A stretch of DNA of 63,931 bases, filler included, from an uncultured bacterium (GTDB taxonomy: Bacteria; Latescibacterota; UBA2968), in NCBI GenBank assembly GCA_964471275.1. It is 3 parts of 3 records of this genome, joined end to end, with 100 filler letters (N's around TTAATTAATTAA, not from the genome) between each part and the next. Parts side by side here need not be neighbours in the genome. Positions count along the whole stretch, not along the records: positions 1 to 22,024 come from CAYYGZ010000051.1; 2 more parts are not named here. One strand, given 5' to 3'. Made by a program: the position numbers and the translations under genes. Shown one piece after another: positions 9,294-17,468 of this stretch. How positions within the stretch are numbered: position 1 is the first letter of the stretch; each line of letters starts with the position of its first letter. The notes below the pieces were generated by a model. The model saw only the letters and a program-made list of their open reading frames with translations. It was not told the DNA's origin and searched no databases.

Positions 9294-9860
9294 ATGAGGA
9301 GGGTTGGCACGTATCGGTTCGTCGTGGCGATGGCGTTCGGGCTGATCTGTCTGAATTGGGTCTTTGTCGACATGTGGACAGTCCTCCGACCGGAGGGTCC
9401 CTATTGCACGCACTCGCTCGTGCTTGCTGCTCTTTTCGGGGGGGCGACCTACGTGATCGTCGGACAGGTCGATTACGCGTTCTGCCGGTCGCTCTGTCCG
9501 AGCGGCACTTATTTCGCCCTTCTGTCCCGATCCTGGGTGATCGATCTTCATTTCGAGAATCCGGACGAGTGCATCGACTGCGACGCCTGTATCCGGATCT
9601 GCCCGACGGATCTGGATCCCCTCTATCGTGATCAGCCGATTGCGAGGCTGAATGCCAATTGGGATGTCTATCCCGATGACTACAGGCACTGCGCCTCGCG
9701 CTGTTTTCTGTGCGGCGATTGCATCAAAGCGTGCGATTAGATCTTCGAGAATCTGAACAAGAAGAAGAACGTCAAGGAAGGCACACCGACGGTTGGGTTG
9801 CTCAGGTTCAGGGCGAAGCACAACCCGGATGAGAAGCCTGCGACGGGCCAGCAGGTTTGA
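9294..9860 (+). pseudogene. CcoG/FixG/NapH-like 4Fe-4S membrane protein remnant
   Basis: FCRSLCPSG, CIDCDACIRICP, CFLCGDCIKACD, in-frame TAG at 9738, then IFENLNK...GLLRF; N-terminal part missing. Confidence 0.75.
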
Positions 9861-10023
9861 GTGAGCGACTCCGGGCAGGCTTGGATTCATGCATGCTTTG
9901 CCGTATCGTGTTTGAGGTGCGGATTCGTCTGATTAGCGACGTAACCGTGCCTGTTTTTGTGAATGTCGATGTATCTGCAGGGGGGCACACTCGTTCAAGC
10001 GCCAAGGTCGGAGGGTAATACAC

Positions 10024-12195
10024 ATGGCCCGAATGCTCGGGAATAATAACGCACGCTTGCTGGTCTGTTCAGTCATCTTCGCGCTCTGTTCGTTCGGGGA
10101 GCTTGTGGCGGCCGAGTCTGTTGTTATCATCCAGGGATATCAGGCCCAGGCTGAGAAATACGCTGCCAATACCGTTGATGCCTACCTGAAGGCTCTCGGT
10201 GCGGGTGAGGGATCGACGGTGTCGGCCTTGCGGCCAAAATCTCAGCCGGGATGGGAAGGCGGAGACACATACGAGAACAAAGCGTCGCTTCTGGATCTGT
10301 TACGTGCTCGATCGGTTGGTTCTTCTCTCACTGTCATCCTTGTGGGGGATGCCGACGGCCCCGATGGGTCTCTGGCGGTTGGCAGCGGTATCGGTGTCTC
10401 TGCCGTCGAGTTGGCTGATGCCGTTTCTGCCGTGACGAGTGTTTCGCTGGTGTCCGCCGGCTGCAATACCCTTGCGACTGAGATCGGTGAGCGACTCGAG
10501 ACAACGTCTGTGATCGTTACCGGTGCGAGTGTCGGTCAGACGGCGCACACGTGGCCCAGCGGGGACCGGGGACAGTATGACCTGTTCAGCCGCTATTTGC
10601 TGGAGGGGTACTATCTGCTGTCCACGAATGAAGCCGTTTCCGGTTCGGTGAGCGATCTGATCGCCCAGGCATTCGACGTTGCGAGCCGAAAAATGGTGAG
10701 CCGAAGCGGCGGGAGACAGAGGCCTGCCAGCAACACGACGGCCACTGCCGGGAGTGCCAGCACACCGGTGGTGAGCGTGGGCAACCGGGAGTATGGGTTC
10801 ACGATTCAGGAGACGGCAAACGGGTCGCTTGCAGGCTATGTTTCGAACGCTTTGGGGCTTCCCATCTCACCCGTGCAGTCGGGGGGGAGCGCGTCCGGCC
10901 AGGCCTCGTTCACGTTCACGGACCGGGGTCGAGAGCGATCCGCAACCGTATCGGATGTGTCTGGCGTGCCCACGGTTACGATCGATGGCCGACCCGTAAG
11001 TTTCGCTTACCGCCCCGCCCGGGTTGATCTCCTTTGCGATGGTCGTCCGGTCGGTGTGACTTATGTTTCTCCCGTATTTGGTGCGCAGCCTTCGGCAGAG
11101 ACGTTGGCCCGGGAAGGTTCATCCGCATCGGGCTATCGATATGATTCTCAGAAGGCTACGCTTGATTTTACACTGCATCAGGATGCCGAGGCTGTGGACG
11201 TTCGAATATCGTTTCAGGGACTTGGTGTGATCCAGGTGCAGGTCGGGTCATCGCCTGCCTACGGAGCGCTCGACGTCGTCCACTACGGCTTCTATGATGC
11301 GGAGGGCAATCGGGTGGCGACGGCGTCGGGGACGCTGTCGGGTGGCAAACTGGCGGGGCAGGTGAAGCCTGCGGTCGGTGAGATGCGCTTTCCACTCGAT
11401 GCAGATCTGAAGGCGGGGAATCTGACTGGGGCGGCAAGTCTGGTCGGTAACGCCTACACGCTGAATCCGGACTGGACGTGGACATCGAATCGCGCGCCGG
11501 CGCACGGGGTGATACAGCCCGACTATCTCGGTCTCCCGGTTATTGAGACTGTTTTCGCGGATGCCGGCCAGGACGACGGCAGCGTCGAGGTGAGTTGGGA
11601 AGTTGACAGGGAGAAGGCTTCGGACGCGCTGGTGCTGGGGGACCTCAGATTCCAGGTCGTTCGGACAGATCGGTTCGACAACGAGGCCGAGATTTTCGAT
11701 ATCCCGGCGGGTCGCCGACGATACACGGACAGACCCACGGGAGATGCAAAAGGCTTTGACTACACTGTGCGTGCGGTTCTAGATCATCGGGTCACGTCCT
11801 GTCAGCAGGGGGCGGTATACCCGATTCTGGGTGAGCCGGTTGTCGCCGTTTCCGGGGTCCTGCTGCCGCCGTCAGAAAAGCCGGCTCCCGTGGCGGCCGT
11901 GGCGCCGACTCCGGTGGTGAGCCAGGCCGCGGAACTCGAGCCGGAGGCCACTCCCGAGAAGGAGTTTGTGGCCGAAGTTCCGAAGCCGGAAGCGCCCCGC
12001 GCAGAAGGGGAACCGGAGAAGGTAGAGGATGATCCCAAGGAGCCGGAGGGGGATCTACCCCTCTGGCGGCGGAAAGAGAAGACGGAGGGGGTCGGCGGAA
12101 AGATCGTCTATGGCGTGCTAGGTGTCTTGATCCTGATCGGGCTGACGATCGCAGCCGGTGGGGGCGGCTCACCGAGTGACATGGAGCCGAATTAG
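10024..12195 (+). CDS. Membrane-anchored surface protein: caspase/legumain-like domain, beta-rich core, FN3-like domain, Pro/Glu linker, C-terminal TM
   Basis: Signal peptide; VILVGDA...SAVELAD...SAGC...VIVTGAS...FSRYLLEG...AFDVA; VEVSW...FQVVR...YTD...YTVRAV; IVYGVLGVLILIGLTIAAGGGG. Confidence 0.7.
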   Translation: MARMLGNNNARLLVCSVIFALCSFGELVAAESVVIIQGYQAQAEKYAANTVDAYLKALGAGEGSTVSALRPKSQPGWEGGDTYENKASLLDLLRARSVGSSLTVILVGDADGPDGSLAVGSGIGVSAVELADAVSAVTSVSLVSAGCNTLATEIGERLETTSVIVTGASVGQTAHTWPSGDRGQYDLFSRYLLEGYYLLSTNEAVSGSVSDLIAQAFDVASRKMVSRSGGRQRPASNTTATAGSASTPVVSVGNREYGFTIQETANGSLAGYVSNALGLPISPVQSGGSASGQASFTFTDRGRERSATVSDVSGVPTVTIDGRPVSFAYRPARVDLLCDGRPVGVTYVSPVFGAQPSAETLAREGSSASGYRYDSQKATLDFTLHQDAEAVDVRISFQGLGVIQVQVGSSPAYGALDVVHYGFYDAEGNRVATASGTLSGGKLAGQVKPAVGEMRFPLDADLKAGNLTGAASLVGNAYTLNPDWTWTSNRAPAHGVIQPDYLGLPVIETVFADAGQDDGSVEVSWEVDREKASDALVLGDLRFQVVRTDRFDNEAEIFDIPAGRRRYTDRPTGDAKGFDYTVRAVLDHRVTSCQQGAVYPILGEPVVAVSGVLLPPSEKPAPVAAVAPTPVVSQAAELEPEATPEKEFVAEVPKPEAPRAEGEPEKVEDDPKEPEGDLPLWRRKEKTEGVGGKIVYGVLGVLILIGLTIAAGGGGSPSDMEPN

Positions 12196-12423
12196 AGTGT
12201 CCAGTGTCATAGTGGTGTTAACACATCAGGCCAGTATGTAGGGTTGCCTCCAGGGGTGGATTAGCTGTAAGGCACTGTCAATCGAGCAGGCGAGCAGGAG
12301 CAGGGGCGAGCCCCAGGGTTGGGAGGACAATCGTGGGCTGCGCCGCGACGACTTCTCGGAATCCGAAACAGAATGCTCCCGGCGCGAATCGTGCAAACAC
12401 CATTCTGAATCAGTACAGGCTAC
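12193..12423. mobile_element. MITE-like repeat, copy A
   Basis: Left end TAG-AGTGTCCAGTGTCA, internal GCCCCAGG.TTGGG.GGACAATCG and TCGGAA.CCGAAA...GGCGCGAATC, right end AACACCATTCTGAATCAGTAC shared with copies B and C. Confidence 0.7.
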
Positions 12424-12779
12424 AGCATAAATTCGGGGTGTAGTCTCGACACAGACGCATCTGTTACCGAAGCGGGCACATCTGAGTGGGTGGAACATGA
12501 AGTCGCGGGGCGAGATCCTCACGGCGGAAGGCTTCGCCTGCTCGGTTGGGCCCGCTTCTCTGTTTCCGACTCCGTCATACCACACGGAATCCTCTCCCCA
12601 AAAGGGAAAGACGCGGGAACAGCTGGGCGCACCCCTTCTGGGAACCGTGCATCGATTTTGGTCTGGATGAGTTTCGCGACCGTGCTAAATTGATGCTGCA
12701 TTGCCCAGCGGCGGACAGGATCGGCTGTCGGATCCCCTTCGCACCCAATCCTGAATACCACGAAGAAAAGGTTGATGCT

Positions 12780-14087
12780 GTGAAGACCCAGACGAGGACA
12801 TCGTGGCGGTGTGGCTACGCAGAAACGGACATCACACCCGAACCCGGTCAGGCGTTCATGACAGGCTTCGGCAAGGAGCGATATGCCAGGGGAACACTGG
12901 TACCCCTGCGTGCCCAGGCGATCGCCTTCGAGGACGCAGCAGGAAATCGGAGCGTGATCGTCGCTTCGGATGTGCTCGGGTATTCCAGGGTGTTCGTGGA
13001 TGCGATGCGTCACAAGATTCAGGCTCGGTATGCCGTGGGTCCGAAAGATGTCGTGTTCCCTTGCTCGCACACGCACTGCGGCCCCACGGTGAACTACGGG
13101 TTGAATTTCGCAGTTGGCGGGTTCAACGTGTGGTATCTGGCGCATCTGGAAGATGCGTTGGTCGATCTGGTGGGACAGGCACTCAAGTCGCTGTCACCGG
13201 GCGCCGTGTCGCTGACGGAAGCGGATTGCCAGATCGGGATGAACCGGAGAAATGTGAAGGCAGGTCAGGTCCTGCACGAGCCGAATCCGGACGGCATCTA
13301 CGATCGACATACACCAATTCTGAGGATTAGACGACGCAGATCACCACGTGATATCCTGGTTGTCTGTCACGCCTGCCATCCGACGAGTACGGGGGCCTAC
13401 GAGAAGTGGTCGCCAGACTGGCCGGGGGCAATGCGTAGGCATCTGGAGTCGAGTCGCACGGATGCCAGAGCGGTGTTTCTGAAAGGGTGTGGGGCAGATG
13501 CGAATGTGGTGCATCGCGATGCGGATTCGGGACAGTATGTCTTTTCACGGGATCCCGGACGTGCACGGAGAGCCGGTATCAAGCTGGCACAGCAGGTGTT
13601 GAGGCATCTGGCACGGGATGAGGGGACGCCGCTGGCGCCGACGATGGCGACAACTCTGGTTTCTGGATCGCTATCGCTGAAACGGCCTCGCCCACGGCGT
13701 GCGATCAGAGAGATGGCCACCACAGGCGATAATCGGAGCCATCTGACGTGGTGGGCTCGGCAGTCGATCGCTTATCCGGACGTGCGAAAGTCTGTGGAAT
13801 ACGATGTGCAGGCGTGGCGTCTGGACGGGCTAAAGATGTTCTGGCTTGAAGGGGAGGTTTGTGCCGATCTTGGGATTGCTCTGAGAGAACAGGCAGGGGG
13901 GACTGTCGCAACTGTGGCATACTCGAACGCGTGCCCGGGTTATGTCTCATCGGCACGATTGATTCGTGAGGGCGGGTATGAGGGGGATACCTCGCATATG
14001 GCCTATTTCCTGCCCGCGCCATTCGCAGAGAAATCAGAGCGTGAGTTTATGGCGCTTTGTGACAAGGCAGTCAAGCAGCTTGGGTGA
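12780..14087 (+). CDS. Neutral/alkaline ceramidase-like amidohydrolase
   Basis: G.AETDITP...CSHTHCGP...NRR...HACHPT...SPDWPG...GGYE; start assigned to GTG 12780. Confidence 0.8.
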   Translation: MKTQTRTSWRCGYAETDITPEPGQAFMTGFGKERYARGTLVPLRAQAIAFEDAAGNRSVIVASDVLGYSRVFVDAMRHKIQARYAVGPKDVVFPCSHTHCGPTVNYGLNFAVGGFNVWYLAHLEDALVDLVGQALKSLSPGAVSLTEADCQIGMNRRNVKAGQVLHEPNPDGIYDRHTPILRIRRRRSPRDILVVCHACHPTSTGAYEKWSPDWPGAMRRHLESSRTDARAVFLKGCGADANVVHRDADSGQYVFSRDPGRARRAGIKLAQQVLRHLARDEGTPLAPTMATTLVSGSLSLKRPRPRRAIREMATTGDNRSHLTWWARQSIAYPDVRKSVEYDVQAWRLDGLKMFWLEGEVCADLGIALREQAGGTVATVAYSNACPGYVSSARLIREGGYEGDTSHMAYFLPAPFAEKSEREFMALCDKAVKQLG

Positions 14088-14156
14088 CCGCAGGTGCCGA
14101 GTGCGCTGCGGTGAACAGGGGACGCTGGCCGGAGGTCGGCAAGTGACGGAGAGGAC

Positions 14157-15215
14157 ATGGCAAAGAAGAAGCTGAGCGTTGCGTTTATCGGGGCGGGCGG
14201 GATCGCAGGCGCGCATATGCGTCAATATGCGGAGATGGATGATGTCGAGATGGTGGCAATGGCGGACATCCATCCGGGCGGGATGGAAAAGTGGGCAGAT
14301 CAGTATGGCATCGAGGGGTCGTATCTCGATTACAAGGAGATGCTGAGGAAAGTAAAGCCCGATGCGGTCAGCATCTGCACGCCAAACGGTTTGCACGCGG
14401 AAACGACGATTGCCGCGCTCAAGGCGGGATCCCACGTTCTGGTGGAAAAGCCGCTTGCGATGAACGCCAGGGAAGGTCAGCGCATGCTGGCAGCGGCGAA
14501 GACGGCGAAACGTAAACTGGTGATCGGTTTCCAGCAGCGATTCGATCCGAAGGCTCAGTTCGTGAAGAACGCGGTCGATTCGGGGAACTTCGGAAAAGTG
14601 CTGTTCGGTCGGGTTCAGGCGCTGCGAAGGCGCGGCATTCCCAATTGGGGCGTGTTCGGACGCAAGGAGTTGCAGGGCGGCGGCCCGATGATCGATATCG
14701 GCGTGCACGTACTCGAAGTGACCCATTACGTGATGGGCTCGCCAAAGCCGGTTGCGGCGAGTGGAAACGTCTACACCTACCTGGGAAACAAGAAATCGAA
14801 TGTTGTCTGTCAGTGGCCGGGTTGGGATCACAAATCCTACACCGTCGAGGATCTTGCCGTCGGCCAGATCAGGTTTGAGAACGGAGCGACCATCCATATC
14901 GAATCCAGCTTTGCCGCACACATCGAGAAGAATGTGTGGAACTTCCAGCTGATGGGGGAAAAGGGAGGCGCGAACTGGGATCCGCCGCAGCTTTTTTCGG
15001 ATGATAACGGCTACATGATGAACAGTGAACCGGGGTGGCTGCCGAAGAACCAGGACTTCGGATCCAACTTCGGGCTGAAGATGCGCAACTTTGTCGAGCA
15101 CGTGCACTACAACAAACCGACGCTGGCGCCGGCAGAACACGGACTGATGGTGCAGAAGATGCTGGACGGGATTTACGAGTCGGCGGCGAAGGGAAAGGAA
15201 GTAGCCATAAGGTGA
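14157..15215 (+). CDS. Gfo/Idh/MocA oxidoreductase
   Basis: IGAGGIA, CTPNGLH, VEKPLA, GGGPMIDIGVH. Confidence 0.95.
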   Translation: MAKKKLSVAFIGAGGIAGAHMRQYAEMDDVEMVAMADIHPGGMEKWADQYGIEGSYLDYKEMLRKVKPDAVSICTPNGLHAETTIAALKAGSHVLVEKPLAMNAREGQRMLAAAKTAKRKLVIGFQQRFDPKAQFVKNAVDSGNFGKVLFGRVQALRRRGIPNWGVFGRKELQGGGPMIDIGVHVLEVTHYVMGSPKPVAASGNVYTYLGNKKSNVVCQWPGWDHKSYTVEDLAVGQIRFENGATIHIESSFAAHIEKNVWNFQLMGEKGGANWDPPQLFSDDNGYMMNSEPGWLPKNQDFGSNFGLKMRNFVEHVHYNKPTLAPAEHGLMVQKMLDGIYESAAKGKEVAIR

Positions 15216-15386
15216 GAGGCAGGACGCGAGGAAGTAGAGGATGAAGCCTGCCTCCGCAGACCGCAGTGAGAGCACCAATGGATCGTACCTCACCATTTCC
15301 AACGACAAGCAACGTAACAAGGAGCAGGTGGAAGCAGACCGAGAGACGAACTTCCTCTCACTTCTGCCTTCTGCCGCCTTCTCTCT

Positions 15387-17006
15387 ATGACTGGTGCTGA
15401 AGTATTTGCCAAAGAACTACGGCGACGCGGAGTCCGCCATGTTGCGACTTTGTGTGGGCACGGTATGGATCATCTGGGCGATGCGCTCGAGCAGACCGGG
15501 ATCCGACTGGTCGACGTACGCAACGAACAGACAGCCGGTTATATCGCGGACGCAACCGGCCGATTGAGCCGGCGTGTCGGGGTGTGTGCGGTCAGCAGCG
15601 GCGTCGCGCACGTCAACGCGATGGCAGGTTTGGCGAACGCTCACTTTGACGGCGCACCCATGCTGCTGGTGACTGGCTGTGGTCCAACGGAGACGATAGG
15701 GCTCGGCCACTTTCAGGATTTCGATCAGCTTGCGATCGCTCAGTCTCTGTGCAAGTATGTCAAGCTGATCGACCGTCCCGAACGTATCCAAGAGTATATG
15801 CACGGCGCGTTCGCCGCGGCAACGGTGGGCCGGCCGGGTCCGGTCCACCTCACGTTTCCGCTCGATATTCAGGAGGCCGAGCTAACGATCGGCGCCGTCC
15901 AGATTCACCGTCCGGTCTCTCAGCCGGAGAGCCTGCCAGGGCCTCTCGAGATCAACAGGATTGCGTCAATGCTTGTAGAGTCGGAGACGCCTCTGATCGT
16001 GGCGGGCAGCGGCCTCTACTACGACAAGGGCGAACGTGCGCTCGAGTCATTCTCCACGACATTCGATGTTCCTGTAGTCGTACCCATCTGGGACCGCGGC
16101 GCGATTCCCGAGCCATTGGATACGTTCATGGGGGTTGTGGGAGCGGCGACCGGCGGCGCGGATCTGCTGGCTGACGCGGATCTGATCCTGATGTTGGGCG
16201 CGCGGTGCGATTACCGGCTTGGCTATCTGCAGCAGCCGGACGTCAGCGATCACGCAGCGATTGTGCGTGTGGACTCAGACGCACGTGAGCTCGATCAGGG
16301 GACGGGAGCCCACGTAACCGTACACGCCAGCCCTCGTGCTTTCCTGAGCGACCTGAGAACGATCTGTGAGGGAATCGTCCCGCCGAAGATCGATTGGATG
16401 GCCGATGTAAGGAGTCGAAGGGATGTCTTCCGGAAGCGTGTCCTGACCGCCAAACGTCCAGAGGAAGGCTGTCACGCACTGGACGTTGTCGATGCGATCG
16501 GCAAGGTGCTGACACACGACACGACGCTGGTGATCGATGGGGGTAACATCGGGCAATGGGCCCATCAGGTCCTGTTGGATCGCTACCCCGGACACTGGCT
16601 GACCTGCGGGTCGAGCGGCGTTGTGGGTTACGGGATTCCCGGAGCCATGGCGGCGAGACTCCTTGATCCGGAGCGCCCCATCATTCTGCTTTCCGGCGAC
16701 GGGGCTGGTACATTCACGATCGCCGATCTGGAGTCGGCCGCTCGACAGGGCATTCCCTTTGTGATGGTTCTGGCTGACGATGAATCGTGGGGGATTGCGC
16801 TAACCGGGCACGAAAAGAAATATGGTCGTGGTATTACCAGCAAGCTGGGACCGATTGATTTTGTGATGCTTGCGAGATCACTGGGCGCACTGGGTGTCCG
16901 TGTGGACAGTCCCCAGGGGATCGAGCCGGCTATACGCGAAGCACTTACTGCGCCTCAACCGACGGTTATCCACGTACCGATCGCCAAGGGGAATCCGGGA
17001 CACTAG
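15387..17006 (+). CDS. Thiamine diphosphate-dependent enzyme (acetolactate synthase/2-hydroxyacyl-CoA lyase-like)
   Basis: VDVRNEQTAGY, RPGPVHL, LSGDGA TPP-binding motif. Confidence 0.9.
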   Translation: MTGAEVFAKELRRRGVRHVATLCGHGMDHLGDALEQTGIRLVDVRNEQTAGYIADATGRLSRRVGVCAVSSGVAHVNAMAGLANAHFDGAPMLLVTGCGPTETIGLGHFQDFDQLAIAQSLCKYVKLIDRPERIQEYMHGAFAAATVGRPGPVHLTFPLDIQEAELTIGAVQIHRPVSQPESLPGPLEINRIASMLVESETPLIVAGSGLYYDKGERALESFSTTFDVPVVVPIWDRGAIPEPLDTFMGVVGAATGGADLLADADLILMLGARCDYRLGYLQQPDVSDHAAIVRVDSDARELDQGTGAHVTVHASPRAFLSDLRTICEGIVPPKIDWMADVRSRRDVFRKRVLTAKRPEEGCHALDVVDAIGKVLTHDTTLVIDGGNIGQWAHQVLLDRYPGHWLTCGSSGVVGYGIPGAMAARLLDPERPIILLSGDGAGTFTIADLESAARQGIPFVMVLADDESWGIALTGHEKKYGRGITSKLGPIDFVMLARSLGALGVRVDSPQGIEPAIREALTAPQPTVIHVPIAKGNPGH

Positions 17007-17468
17007 GGTGTCCAATGTCTTAAGGGAGCTGACACAGGGCGCCAGTAGGTTGAGTTGATTTTGGGGTCGTTGCTTTCTCAACACATTGTTGATGACATGG
17101 TCTCGAATCTGGATCTGCCTGAGCCCCGGAACGGGGCGACCGCCGGTAGCCTGGGGTGCGGCCGCGTGGTCTGTCCGTCGAGAGCGTAGCGAAGATGGAC
17201 TGCGGTGCAAGCCCCAGGATTGGGCGGACAATCGTGAGTCGCGTCGCGTTGACCTCTCGGAACCCGAAAAGGAATACCCCTGGCGCGAACCATACACACC
17301 AAGGCGCAGAGGTTCCTGTGACTCCGGTCAGGACAAGGTCGGGGCACGAGGTAGAGAAGGTCAGGCAGCACGGGCGGCGGACCGGGACGGGTGTTGACAG
17401 AAGAAGGGATCCCGATACGTTTTCGAAAGTGACTTAGGCGACAGCAATCTGAATCAGGAGATCGGTAG
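17004..17468. mobile_element. MITE-like repeat, copy B (longest; right end degenerate)
   Basis: 17042-17156 closely matches 57026-57139; internal CCTGGGG...CCCCAGG hairpin; ACAGCAATCTGAATCAGGA (17441-17459) matches the copy A right end at 16/19. Confidence 0.7.

Noticed and set aside
12590..12660. Cobalamin riboswitch (AAAGGGAA...TGGGAA)
   Set aside because: Lacks the CCCGC.ACTGT core and the B12 box
14034..15320. Long antisense ORFs (also 60300-61331, 25005-25844, 18801-19595)
   Set aside because: Shadows of well-supported opposite-strand genes in GC-rich DNA
17078..17397. Short ORFs shared between repeat copies (e.g. GRPVPGLRQIQIRD)
   Set aside because: Frames break differently in each copy; similarity is at the DNA level only
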